DNA of 64,000 nt from contig JBBAPZ010000001.1 in NCBI GenBank assembly GCA_040400605.1, positions 158,444 through 222,443 on the forward strand, written 5' to 3'. This DNA is from Candidatus Sericytochromatia bacterium. GTDB taxonomy: Bacteria; Cyanobacteriota; Sericytochromatia; S15B-MN24; JAQBPE01. Position 1 is the first letter of the stretch. Each line of letters starts with the position of its first letter. The notes below the pieces were generated by a model. That model saw nothing but the letters and a program-made list of their open reading frames with translations. It did no database searches and was not told where the DNA came from. This document shows, one piece after another, positions 10,802 to 20,280 of the stretch. Position numbers and translations under genes: made by a program.

Positions 10802-11640
10802 ATCAACAACTCCTGAGGACGCGTCAGCGCAAGAATCTCCGAAGCCGTTTCTTCAATGGCCTTGTGCGTCACGTCCACAACGGGACAACGCAATCGTCGA
10901 AAAATCTGCTCCGCAAAGGTCAACTCTTCAACAATCTTGGCGCGATCCGCATAGGCACTCTCCGGTGGCAAGCCCAAAGCACCCAAGCGACTGGTTCGAA
11001 TACCGGTCAAAAACTCCGGCTTGACAGTCAAGCCAATCACCGTTCCCGGAGCCATCCGGAATAACACCGCCGGCGGTTCGTGACCGGGAACCAATGGCAC
11101 GTTGGCTGTCTTGATTCCCTGATTCTGTGCGAGATACAAACACGTTGGGGTCTTGGACGTCCGCGATACGCCAACCAATACCAAATCGGCCTGAAGCAAG
11201 CCGTGAGGACTTTTTCCATCATCGTACTTGATCGCAAAATCGATGGCATCCATCCGTTTGAAGTATCCATCATCCTTCTGATGCATGGCACCGGCCTCGT
11301 AACGGGGTGCGCGCTGCACCTGGGTCGCAATCTCCGTAATCAAGGCGCTCAGCAAATCGACACTCGGCAAGCCAAGTGATGCACACGCTGTCTGCAAGGT
11401 ATCGCGTAAATCCTCGCGTACAAACGTGTATGCGATCAAACATGGGCCCCGCCCAATAAGACGCAACAAATTCTGCAAGTGCTCCGTGCCCACAACCCGT
11501 GGCAATCGAACCAGTTTCAACGGTGCGTCCTGAAATTGACTCATTGCAGCCTTGCTCACCATCTCGGCCGTTTGGCCGCTGGCATCTGACAAGGTATACA
11601 CCACGAGTGGATTTTCAAAGTCGACGGGGACTGCGTCCAT
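10798..11640 (-). CDS. PPDK/PEPS regulatory kinase-pyrophosphorylase (DUF299)
   Basis: SDASGQTAE, AIKYDDG, GVSRTSKTP, AIEETA. ATGA overlap with ppdK. Confidence 0.95.
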   Translation of the reverse strand: MDAVPVDFENPLVVYTLSDASGQTAEMVSKAAMSQFQDAPLKLVRLPRVVGTEHLQNLLRLIGRGPCLIAYTFVREDLRDTLQTACASLGLPSVDLLSALITEIATQVQRAPRYEAGAMHQKDDGYFKRMDAIDFAIKYDDGKSPHGLLQADLVLVGVSRTSKTPTCLYLAQNQGIKTANVPLVPGHEPPAVLFRMAPGTVIGLTVKPEFLTGIRTSRLGALGLPPESAYADRAKIVEELTFAEQIFRRLRCPVVDVTHKAIEETASEILALTRPQELLI

Positions 11641-11909
11641 GTGACCTCCTCACAACGACGATGACGGGCGACATTTATTATAAACCGGGTGATGCCGTTG
11701 CACTCGTTTTTTCGTACCAGTCACTATCAGTCACGATCCACAACAATCTTTATGGGATGCTCACCCGTTCACCCCATGAAACGCCAACGGGTTGGCATCA
11801 CGTGCTTCTTCGCCCTGACAGCCCCACGGCAACTCGGCGTGGCGACAGCCAGACAATCGCACCTGCGGCGTCACAACGCGCAAGTTTGGATGGTGGTCGG
11901 CGCGTCTTT

Positions 11910-13154
11910 TTATTCGGCAGCAAGCGCCCGCTTGAGGTTGATTCGACCGTGACCGGCATAGGGATCAACGCCGGTTTGAACAATGTCGTCAGCTGTTGCG
12001 ATGAGCCTCTCGCGAAGCGTCTGGACAGTCCAGTCGGGATGGGCGCTTGACAACAATGCAGCAGTCGCACTGACGAACGGGGTTGCCATCGAGGTGCCAC
12101 TCATCACACGATATCCGGTGCCGAGCGCGATGGGATACGTTGAAACGATGCCTTCACCGGGTGCAGCGAGATCAACCCATTCACCAAAACTCGAAAACGT
12201 CGCCCATCCATCGCGATCCGTACTCGCCGCAACACCCACGGCGTCAACATCCGCACCCGGATAACTCGGAATGTTTTTACCAGAATTGCCCACCGCCGCA
12301 ACCACCAAAACATTCTTCTGCGCAGCATACCGCAAGGCATCGCGCATCGCCTGGCTTTCCAGTGTCGACCCCCAACTGGCATTGATAACCCGCGCCCCGT
12401 GGTCAACCGCCCAAACGATCGCCGCCATGCTCGCCCCTGAAGTCGAATGCCCAAAGCGATTAAAAATGCGCACTGGCAGCAACTTGACACCAGGCGCCAA
12501 CCCTGCGATGCCCACACCATTGTCCGCCTGTGCCGCAATGATACCGGCCACGTGCGTTCCGTGACCATAAGGATCCTCATGGCCACCCGGCGCCCCATTG
12601 GGTACGGTCAAATCCCACCCCGGCAACACCTGACCCGCCAAATCCGGATGATTACCATCAATTCCGGAATCGATCACAGCCACCACCGTTTCAGACGTCC
12701 CACGCACCGTCCGCCACACATCCGACAGACCACACAACCGCCAGCCATGCTGCACAGGCCACAGCGGGTCATTGGGCATAAGCGCCTCATTCGTGCGACG
12801 CATCACGCCTGCACGCACAGCAAGCCCCGTTGGCCGTTCGAGATCAATACCCCGCTCAGGCTCCGCCCAAACAGCCCCGCGCACCGAGCCAGCCACCCTC
12901 GTCTGCCCTACGCCAAACCGATGAACCCCCAAACCTAACTGACCCAAATAACGCACACCCAACTCATCCGCCACCGCCCGGGGTGATACGCCAGGCTTCA
13001 ATTTAATCAACTGTGTCTCAGTAGCACGTATCTGCACCTCACCGCCCAGCGGAGCAACCGCCGGAGATAAAGACACACGGGCGCAAGCGGTCATCGCTGC
13101 CAGCAAACACAACCACGTCACACACCGCAACCCTTTGAAATAATCATTCAACAC
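11910..13154 (-). CDS. S8 subtilisin-like serine protease, probable lipoprotein
   Basis: Catalytic triad motifs VIDSG, GHGTHVAG and SGTSMATP. Lipobox-like LLAAMTAC. Confidence 0.93.
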   Translation of the reverse strand: MLNDYFKGLRCVTWLCLLAAMTACARVSLSPAVAPLGGEVQIRATETQLIKLKPGVSPRAVADELGVRYLGQLGLGVHRFGVGQTRVAGSVRGAVWAEPERGIDLERPTGLAVRAGVMRRTNEALMPNDPLWPVQHGWRLCGLSDVWRTVRGTSETVVAVIDSGIDGNHPDLAGQVLPGWDLTVPNGAPGGHEDPYGHGTHVAGIIAAQADNGVGIAGLAPGVKLLPVRIFNRFGHSTSGASMAAIVWAVDHGARVINASWGSTLESQAMRDALRYAAQKNVLVVAAVGNSGKNIPSYPGADVDAVGVAASTDRDGWATFSSFGEWVDLAAPGEGIVSTYPIALGTGYRVMSGTSMATPFVSATAALLSSAHPDWTVQTLRERLIATADDIVQTGVDPYAGHGRINLKRALAAE

Positions 13155-13387
13155 GTTTTTTTAACCTGAATTTTCTGTTTACTTAATATTTTATCGCGCT
13201 ATGAGTATAACATTGTTGAGATGGGGAGGCGATTGCTTGCCTAAACTGATCCATTGTTTGCAACGCAGTACGGCCACTGGTTTAGTCGGCCTCGCATGCA
13301 AACGGTCACCAAACTGGCATCACCACAGTATTTGACACCGTCCGGCTTCACGACTCTGTCAAGCGGGCACTCAGGGCGCGATCGCTT

Positions 13388-13915
13388 TCAGGGAGATTGT
13401 GGCACATACGGGCGCCAGTGGGTCTTGGTTCGCACCAGAATGGCGTGGGGCGCAAGAACGGGGTGTGGGGTACGCTCCCAGCGCAGTCCGAATCCGTCAT
13501 CCCGCTCATAGGCGAATTGAATGGCCGCCCCCTTGGCAGCATCTGTCCGGGCGGTTACGATGCCTTGCCAGCCAGCATATAGAGCACCGAGCAGTGCAAG
13601 GCCCATGCTGGCCACGACGGTTCTGTGACGCAACCCATCCCGCAGTGTGGGGGCTTTGGGGGTAAGCCAAATGGCGCCTTGGTTATCAATGAGGGTTAGG
13701 CCTTGCTCGCTCAAGCCCCAGGTGGCGATGGTGCCATCGAGGTCGGCTGCTTCATCGTTGGGCAGAACGATCCAGTGTTCGACGTCGATGATGGCAGGTT
13801 CCAACGGCGTGAGGCGTACTTGGCGCCAATCCCCAGACGCCTCGACACAACTGGTGATGAGCGCCCATCGCCTGCGGGGCCAAACGCCAGTTACAAACCA
13901 GGTGGCTGGGCTCAT
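13388..13915 (-). CDS. hypothetical single-TM protein coupled to the JAB gene
   Basis: AGGAG RBS, ATGA overlap with the upstream stop, hydrophobic stretch VVASMGLALLGALYAGW. Confidence 0.65.
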   Translation of the reverse strand: MSPATWFVTGVWPRRRWALITSCVEASGDWRQVRLTPLEPAIIDVEHWIVLPNDEAADLDGTIATWGLSEQGLTLIDNQGAIWLTPKAPTLRDGLRHRTVVASMGLALLGALYAGWQGIVTARTDAAKGAAIQFAYERDDGFGLRWERTPHPVLAPHAILVRTKTHWRPYVPQSP

Positions 13916-15000
13916 GGTTGTTCTCCTTGGTTAACGAGCTGTAGCAGCCGATCCGCCACGCGTGTTTTGCTCGGTTCGCGCAGGGCAAAACGCCTGTTCC
14001 CCAGTGGGATGACAATGCCTGTTTGGGGGAGGGTGTCAACCAGTTCCGGCACGTTGAGATGCTGCGGCGTCGATTCCTGGTTGCTTTGAACCCAGAGCCA
14101 CAGGGGACCGGTCAGATGACTGGCTTCGATGTCCGCGTAAGTCAATTGGATCATCACGGTGTCATTCCCCACAAGCTGGGCACCCATGGTTCGGCTCAAA
14201 TCAGGTGCTTCAGCGCCTGCAGGTGTCAATGCGTACAACCAGGACGTGCTCGGGGCGGCGAGCACCCACCGGAAAGCGTTTTCATCATTGGGACTCAAGA
14301 GGCGCGCGGTTTGGGTCGCCATCGATTGCTGTCTCAATGAAGCGCCCCACCCAAAGAGGAGCACACCAAGGATGGCGAGCGCGCCTGAGAGACCGAACAC
14401 CCAAGCCAGAGGCTCCGGGCGACTGAAGCGGTGGGGCGGCTTGATTGAATCGTTCAAGCCGGTTGCGGGGTCGAAGCGTGCCTCACGTGCGTCGGGGGCA
14501 TCGGGACCCAGTTGGCCTGGGCGTTCCCAATAATAGATGCCGGCTAACTGGCTGCGGGGATCCACCACCATGGCCAGTTGAAATGGCAAGTTAAAATGCT
14601 GTTGATGGGTTTCTAAATCCGTTTCGGAGAAATAAACCCCGCTTCCTGAGTGAGTATGAACCCATCCCACGCAAGTCAGACCGTTCGGCAATTCTCCGGC
14701 TGGAATCGGAAAGTCGTGTTGATTCCGGGTCAACGCCTCAGCTTTGAAGGTAAACTCGCCCCTGTTCGAACGGGTATTTTCTGCCGGAACAAAATCCTTG
14801 ACGATGATCCGAAACAAACCCTCCTCATTCGTGCGAACCGTGCCAATCAAAAAAGCGCCCAATTCCGCTTCCAAGCTTTTGCGCGCCCAAGACCACAAGC
14901 GCGTAAGCAGTGGACGCGCTATCTGCAAGGTGATGGGACCATCGTTTTGCCATTGCCACAAACGATTCAAGGTGGTCGCTCCCTCCCAGTCACCATTCAC
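13912..15000 (-). CDS. JAB/MPN (JAMM) metalloprotease domain with a TM helix and a C-terminal domain
   Basis: ELGAFLIG plus an intact HxHx7Sx2D (HTH-SGSGVYF-S-ET-D), AMVVDP, then TM LAWVFGLSGALAILGVLLFGWG. Confidence 0.85.
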   Translation of the reverse strand: MNGDWEGATTLNRLWQWQNDGPITLQIARPLLTRLWSWARKSLEAELGAFLIGTVRTNEEGLFRIIVKDFVPAENTRSNRGEFTFKAEALTRNQHDFPIPAGELPNGLTCVGWVHTHSGSGVYFSETDLETHQQHFNLPFQLAMVVDPRSQLAGIYYWERPGQLGPDAPDAREARFDPATGLNDSIKPPHRFSRPEPLAWVFGLSGALAILGVLLFGWGASLRQQSMATQTARLLSPNDENAFRWVLAAPSTSWLYALTPAGAEAPDLSRTMGAQLVGNDTVMIQLTYADIEASHLTGPLWLWVQSNQESTPQHLNVPELVDTLPQTGIVIPLGNRRFALREPSKTRVADRLLQLVNQGEQP

Positions 15001-15326
15001 CGGTGAGTGCCAACGCTACACAGCACCACCCGCCCATCGTAATCATTGTACGACGGTTCGAGACGTCATAAAACCAGAAAGTCTTCAAAACAGCGTTTTG
15101 GATGCTTGTTTCAGGGCCCCTTGTCCGGAAACGGACCCAGCACGTCACACGGATCGAAAAACTTGAAGGGTAAGATCCTGACTTGGTTTGCAGGATTACT
15201 TGCCACGAACCGTCAAAGGCCCGGTCTGAGCAATGCGGGTGCTTCCTTTGATGGTTTTCCCTTTGGTCGGTCGATGATTAAGCGGCTGGGGACAGGGGTA
15301 AAATAGGCAGGGTAACTGGGGTTCGG

Positions 15327-15833
15327 GTGGGTGACATGCAGCAGGCTTTGATTGTATTGACCGGTCAACATGTGGTGCAACCCGATGGCATCCGTGCCAT
15401 TCAGGCAGCCGTTGCGGTGTTTTCGACTTGGGGTGGTGTGGCATTCATCGCTTACCACGATGCTCACCACGGTGCGCAATTACGAAAAATCTTAAGCGCG
15501 CCCCTGCCTCGATTTTTCCCCCAGGTGGCGCGTCCGGTTCTTGGCGAGCGTTTTACGCAAGCGTTCGCCTACACATTCATTCAGGGCTTTGACCGCGTTG
15601 TTTTGATGAATGAACCCGTCGCAGGCTTGCAAGTTGGTGATATTGCACGATGGTTCAGCGCACTTGAAAGTGGCGGCGTGCATATGGAAGAGGCAAACGG
15701 TGCCATCGTTATCGGTTTGAAGCGTGAGTATTTCCCGTCGGTTGGTGCCGTCATTGAGGGGATTGCGTGGGATCAGGCCGGGGCGAGGGGCGAAGCCCTG
15801 CGGATGTTGTCCTTGATTGAGATGCAGCGATGA
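15327..15833 (+). CDS. hypothetical protein, distantly DUF2064/TIGR04282 glycosyltransferase-like
   Basis: LGERFTQAF...GFDRVVLM, IVIGL and IAW segments recall the family pattern. ATGA overlap with the next gene. Confidence 0.55.
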   Translation: MGDMQQALIVLTGQHVVQPDGIRAIQAAVAVFSTWGGVAFIAYHDAHHGAQLRKILSAPLPRFFPQVARPVLGERFTQAFAYTFIQGFDRVVLMNEPVAGLQVGDIARWFSALESGGVHMEEANGAIVIGLKREYFPSVGAVIEGIAWDQAGARGEALRMLSLIEMQR

Positions 15834-16285
15834 CTGGTGAACGGATAAGCGTACAGGTTTTTAAGGCACGTGCGGCCGTGCTGCGCTTTGCCCGCGTGTT
15901 TCCGGGATTTTTGGCGGCGGCCGTCGCGTTATGGCTTTTGGCCTGCGCGATCGCCTGGTGGCTCAATGCGTGGTTGATGCCGGTGTTTATGCTGTTCCCT
16001 CTGCTTTCGGCGTTGGTGGGTTATTGGCACCTGCAACAAATGGCCAAACTTCAAATTGTGGTCTTGGCCGATCGTCTTCGCGTAACCCAAGGCAATCACA
16101 TAACCCTTGATGCCGCGTGGCAACAAATGAGCCGGTTGACGGTTCGAACAGGAAAAAATGGCCCCATTTATGAGATTTGGCTCAAAAATACACCCATCGT
16201 TCTGCCGGTCGGGTTTGTGGATCGCGGCCCGGAGTTGATGACACTCGTCGCGCAACGTTCGCGGCGTGCGTGGGAATCGCTCTAA
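15830..16285 (+). CDS. hypothetical membrane protein (2 TM plus a PH-like beta domain)
   Basis: Two hydrophobic helices followed by a beta-rich soluble region. Coupled to the upstream gene. Confidence 0.7.
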   Translation: MTGERISVQVFKARAAVLRFARVFPGFLAAAVALWLLACAIAWWLNAWLMPVFMLFPLLSALVGYWHLQQMAKLQIVVLADRLRVTQGNHITLDAAWQQMSRLTVRTGKNGPIYEIWLKNTPIVLPVGFVDRGPELMTLVAQRSRRAWESL

Positions 16286-16315
16286 AGGCCGGCGCTTGAA
16301 ATCCTGATGGAGCAG

Positions 16316-16344
16316 TTGAAAGCGTGATGGGCTTGTGCTAAGCT
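16316..16344 (+). promoter_or_regulatory. sigma70-type promoter of the 6S RNA
   Basis: TTGAAA (16316-16321), 17-bp spacer, TAAGCT (16339-16344) with a TG extension. The predicted start near 16351 coincides with the 5' end of the RNA's closing stem. Confidence 0.7.
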
Positions 16345-16351
16345 AGGCCGC

Positions 16352-16540
16352 ATTCCAGTGGAACTCTCGTCGCTTGGTGTGTTTTTGCCTACATTTTTTG
16401 AACCAGGGAGTCCTTATCTCCGGTGGTGGCCGTAGACCTTCCGCGAAAGTTGAGAAGGAAACGATAAGCCACAGGGCGGACACCCACCTGCAACTTGCAG
16501 GGTTCAAAAACCGCCTTGCAGCCTGAGCTTCCGCTGGGGT
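16352..16540 (+). ncRNA. ssrS: 6S RNA
   Basis: ~189-nt rod. Terminal stem ATTCCAGTGGAACTC / GAGCTTCCGCTGGGGT, central bubble, inner stem TTTTTGAACC / GGTTCAAAAA, 6S-typical GGGAG and CACCCACCTG elements, followed by a T-tract. Confidence 0.85.
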
Positions 16541-16578
16541 TTTTTTCTGCGGGTGCCGATGCGGGCGATTGTGACGCT

Positions 16579-17064
16579 GTGACTGAGTATCAAGTTTCAT
16601 TATTGGATGTGCAAGCGACCTCGGCGTTTGGTTGTGCTTTAGGCGCAAGCGCACGTGCGGGTGACTGCCTGCTCCTCGACGGGGAGCTTGGTGCGGGAAA
16701 GACGTCTTTGACGCAGGGTTTGGCCCGCGGTTTGGGCATTGCTGAGGTGGTGTCGTCTCCGACTTTCAGTTTGCTGAATGAATACGGCAGCGGGCGTTTG
16801 AGACTGTCGCACTTCGATCTTTACCGTTTGGCGTCCTCTGAGATCGCAGGCTTGGGCTTTGTTGATATTTGGGATCACCCGCCCGGGGTGGTGGTCATTG
16901 AATGGGCCGAACGGGCGGAACAGCCTTTGGCGCTTTTACCGGAAGATGCCTTGTGCATCCGGTTGAAGCCTATGGGGGATGGGCGCTTGGCCGTGATTCA
17001 GACGACCGGCCAAGCCAGTGAGCGATGGTTATCAGAGGCGCGGATTCATGTGGCTGGGCATTGA
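16579..17064 (+). CDS. tsaE: tRNA threonylcarbamoyladenosine biosynthesis ATPase TsaE
   Basis: GELGAGKT, VSSPTF, HFDLYRL, IEWAE. Start moved to GTG 16579, downstream of the 6S RNA. Confidence 0.93.
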   Translation: MTEYQVSLLDVQATSAFGCALGASARAGDCLLLDGELGAGKTSLTQGLARGLGIAEVVSSPTFSLLNEYGSGRLRLSHFDLYRLASSEIAGLGFVDIWDHPPGVVVIEWAERAEQPLALLPEDALCIRLKPMGDGRLAVIQTTGQASERWLSEARIHVAGH

Positions 17065-17770
17065 TGCGGCAACCGACTACCTGTCGCTCGCGCTGTGGCA
17101 AGCGGGGGCACCGGTTGCGCATATCGGGATGCGTTGCCAGGAAACGCAGGCAGAAGATGTGTTTGCGTTGCTCGAGTTTTTGATGCAGCAGAATCGATTG
17201 ACCCCTGATGCGCTGCTTGGCGTGGGTGTGGCGCGGGGCCCCGGCAGTTTCACGGGTGTACGCGTGGGGTTGAGTCTTGCGAAAACGGTAGGACAGATGT
17301 TGGGTATCCCGGTGCATCCAGTGGATACACTGGATGCGCTCGCTTGGGGATGTGAAGGGGCCGAGTGGGTGGCACCGATGCTTGATGCGCGGCGTGGTGC
17401 CGTGTTTGGGGCCCTTTATCGACGGGGCGGCGATGGCTGGGAAACAGTGCTTGCAGGGCGTTTGGTTGCTGTGGGGGATTGGTTGGACCTGATTGATGCG
17501 ACAGTGCCGCAAGGGGCTGTGACAAGTGTGGTGGGAGCCGGTCTCAATCGGTATCGGGAGGCGGTTACAGCCCGTGATCCGTCACGCTGGCACAGCGCAA
17601 GTGGCATTGGCTCGGCCGTGTTGGCGCTTGCGGTGGCAAAACTTGCTGAGCAACGGGGACAGGCTGATCGGATGGTCGATGCGGAAGGGTTGTCTGCATT
17701 GTATTTGCGGGAGCCTCAAGCGGTGATTGATTGGGAACAGCGACAGCGCGAGGGGGGCCGTCTTGTTTAA
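17048..17770 (+). CDS. tsaB: t6A biosynthesis protein TsaB
   Basis: LGIDAAT, GPGSFTGVRVG, DARRG, LYLR. Confidence 0.93.
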   Translation: MWLGIDAATDYLSLALWQAGAPVAHIGMRCQETQAEDVFALLEFLMQQNRLTPDALLGVGVARGPGSFTGVRVGLSLAKTVGQMLGIPVHPVDTLDALAWGCEGAEWVAPMLDARRGAVFGALYRRGGDGWETVLAGRLVAVGDWLDLIDATVPQGAVTSVVGAGLNRYREAVTARDPSRWHSASGIGSAVLALAVAKLAEQRGQADRMVDAEGLSALYLREPQAVIDWEQRQREGGRLV

Positions 17771-18272
17771 TGTACGCAAGATGCGCGACTCTGATCTCAC
17801 GCGCGTCGTTGACATGGAGCGTGCCTGTTTCGGTGAACGTTGGAGCCTTGCCGCGTTTCAAAATGAACTGGCAAATGTGGCAAGTTCTTATTTTGTGGCA
17901 CAGATTGGCGAAGAACTGGTGGGCTACGCCGGCTATTGGCTGATCCTCGAAGAGGCCCACATCACGACGATTGGGGTTGATCCTAAATCGCAGCGGCGCG
18001 GCTTTGGTGAGCGCTTGCTGATCCATCTCATTGAACATGCGGCGAAACAAGGTGCCCGTTGGGTGACACTGGAAGTGCGCGTGTCAAATGCAGCAGCGAT
18101 TCGCTTATATGAAAAATATGGTTTTACATCGCTTGGGCGGCGCAAGGCGTATTACGCCGACAATCGGGAAGATGCTTTGGTGATGTGGACCGAGAACATC
18201 GAGGAACCGGGGTATCAGGCACGTCTGCGTGAGTTGCGTGATCGGATCGATTCAGACATCCAGGCACGTTAG
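17763..18272 (+). CDS. rimI: ribosomal-protein-alanine N-acetyltransferase
   Basis: EAHITTIGV, QRRGFG, TLEVRVSN..AIRLY..YGF, YY.DNREDA. TTG start after GAGGGG. Confidence 0.93.
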   Translation: MFNVRKMRDSDLTRVVDMERACFGERWSLAAFQNELANVASSYFVAQIGEELVGYAGYWLILEEAHITTIGVDPKSQRRGFGERLLIHLIEHAAKQGARWVTLEVRVSNAAAIRLYEKYGFTSLGRRKAYYADNREDALVMWTENIEEPGYQARLRELRDRIDSDIQAR

Positions 18273-18301
18273 CGCTGGCTTGTTTCTAGAAAGGAGCGGT
18301 T

Positions 18302-19999
18302 GTGGCCGTTCATCAGCGTTGCAAGTTGTTGGTTGGTGCGTTGCTTGTTTTGGGGGTGCTTGGGGCGCCAGTGTCAGCAGACGAACGCAATGACAAGGCG
18401 GTTCAAGTGTCGGTCCTCGGAACGACTGATGTGCACGGACACATCTATCCGACAAATTATTACCACGATGCGGGTGACGAAGCCTTAGGGGTCGCCCGTG
18501 TCCAAACGCTCATCAAACAGGAACGGACACGCAATCCGAACGTCTTGCTGGTGGACTCCGGTGATTGCCTGCAAGGAACACCCTTGACGTATTATCACGC
18601 ACGCATCGCGACCCACGCACCCAATCCGATGGTTGCTGCCTACAACTTGATGGGATTTGATGCGTTCGCCATTGGCAATCACGAATACAACTACGGCATT
18701 TCCTATCTGGAAAAAGCGCGTCGGGAGTCTCGCTATCCGTTTTTGTCGGCCAATATCTATCATCACGGGACGGATAAATTGGTTTATCGCCCTTGGATCA
18801 TCAAAACCGTTGACCAGGTAAGGATCGGGGTGATTGGGTTCACAACCCCCGGGGTGGCGGTGTGGGACCGCAAGCATGTCAGTGGCAAGCAAGATTTCGG
18901 TGACATCGTCGTCGCAGCCAAACGTGAGATCCCGCGTGTGAAAGCAGCCGGGGTTGACGCCATTGTCGTGATCATTCACTCAGGGCTCGGTGCACCTTAC
19001 GACAGCACCTTCAGTGGTTATGCTGCAGATGAGGGCATTCCGGAAGAAAATGCCTGCGCGCACCTGGCCGAAGCGTGTCCGGACATTGATGCGATCCTGC
19101 TGGGACACTCACACAAAGACTTGCCCAAACTGCTGCACCACGGTGTTTTGCTGACGCAGGCCAAGAAATGGGGGGAGCGCCTCGCAGTGGTGGATCTAAC
19201 CTTTAAAAAGGTGGACGACCGGTGGCGTCTCACCGGCAAGGATGCCCGCACGCTCAGTACGGAAGGGGTTCCACCGGACGAAGCCATACTGGCTGCGAGC
19301 CGGCAAGCCCACGAGGCGACTTTGCGCTATGTCAGAACACCGATTGCCAGGTCCAGTGTTGCTTGGACGGGGATCGGTGCGCGCACGCAAGATATCCCAT
19401 TGATGGACCTCATCAGCGAGGTGCAGCGCGAAGCGGCGCAAGCGCAACTTTCGGCGGTGAGCGTGTTCAACAGCAACGCCCATCTGCCCAAAGGGCGAAT
19501 TACCGTCGCAGACCTCGCGGCACTGTACGTGTACGAAAACACGCTGACCCGGATTCGCTTGACCGGTCAGCAGCTACGAGACTATCTGGAGTTCTCGGCA
19601 TCCTTTTACAAACCCTATGCCCCGGGTGGATTGATTTTCGATGACAGCCAACCGGCATACAACCAGGACCTCGTCGCAGGTGTAGATTACACCATTGATG
19701 TTCGTCAGCCGGTTGGTTCGCGGATTGTCGGCCTGCGTTATCAGGGGCAAGACGTGATGCCAAAACAAGCTTTTACCATGGCGGTAAACAGCTATCGCCA
19801 AAATGGGGGCGGTGGCTACACGATGCTTAAGCAGGCTACACTTGAGAAATCTGACTTTCCTGAGATTCGGGAGTTGTTGATTGAACAGGTCAAGCGCTGG
19901 CGCACCATTTCACCAGAAAAAGTGTTCAAGGCCAACTGGCGCCTGTTGCCAGCTGATGGCGTCGCATCAGACGGCCGTCACTATCAGGCCGTAAACTGA
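18302..19999 (+). CDS. secreted bifunctional 2',3'-cyclic-nucleotide 2'-phosphodiesterase / 5'-nucleotidase family protein
   Basis: Signal peptide, TTDVHG, VDSGD, GNHEYNYG, LGHSH, C-terminal NSYRQNGGGGY. Confidence 0.92.
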   Translation: MAVHQRCKLLVGALLVLGVLGAPVSADERNDKAVQVSVLGTTDVHGHIYPTNYYHDAGDEALGVARVQTLIKQERTRNPNVLLVDSGDCLQGTPLTYYHARIATHAPNPMVAAYNLMGFDAFAIGNHEYNYGISYLEKARRESRYPFLSANIYHHGTDKLVYRPWIIKTVDQVRIGVIGFTTPGVAVWDRKHVSGKQDFGDIVVAAKREIPRVKAAGVDAIVVIIHSGLGAPYDSTFSGYAADEGIPEENACAHLAEACPDIDAILLGHSHKDLPKLLHHGVLLTQAKKWGERLAVVDLTFKKVDDRWRLTGKDARTLSTEGVPPDEAILAASRQAHEATLRYVRTPIARSSVAWTGIGARTQDIPLMDLISEVQREAAQAQLSAVSVFNSNAHLPKGRITVADLAALYVYENTLTRIRLTGQQLRDYLEFSASFYKPYAPGGLIFDDSQPAYNQDLVAGVDYTIDVRQPVGSRIVGLRYQGQDVMPKQAFTMAVNSYRQNGGGGYTMLKQATLEKSDFPEIRELLIEQVKRWRTISPEKVFKANWRLLPADGVASDGRHYQAVN

Positions 20000-20036
20000 C
20001 GACTGCTTAAACGTGGCAAGCTCCGCCCGGCTCATG

Positions 20037-20042
20037 TATAAT
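20037..20042 (+). promoter_or_regulatory. -10 element (TATAAT) of the tRNA promoter
   Basis: Perfect TATAAT 8 nt before the tRNA, with TGGCAA 17 bp upstream. Confidence 0.6.
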
Positions 20043-20050
20043 GTCATCAC

Positions 20051-20124
20051 GCCTCGGTAGTTCAGTTGGATAGAACGCGTCCGTCCTAAGGATGATGTCG
20101 GGGGTTCGAGTCCCTCCCGGGGCG
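20051..20124 (+). tRNA. tRNA-Arg (anticodon CCT), CCA not encoded
   Basis: Acceptor stem GCCTCGG/CCGGGGC plus G, D-arm GTTC/GAAC with A20, anticodon arm CGTCC-GTCCTAA-GGATG, T-arm GGGGG-TTCGAGT-CCCTC. Confidence 0.95.
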
Positions 20125-20280
20125 CTGGTACATAACAGGTCGGTCCCAGCAAATGCTGGCAACCGGCCCGTTATGGAAGCCATTGGTCATCATTACTGTC
20201 CACAATTGCCTCACGACTCGGTCAGTGTTGTGTGGCCCGATCTAACGACTGGACTGTTCACATCAACAAGACCGGTTGTG

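Noticed and set aside
16343..16654. 103-aa minus-strand ORF and the N-terminal extension of tsaE from 16495
   Set aside because: Both overlap the better-supported 6S RNA.
20100..20124. tRNA 3' end as an attachment site for an integrated element
   Set aside because: No second copy was found by eye in the window and there is no integrase.
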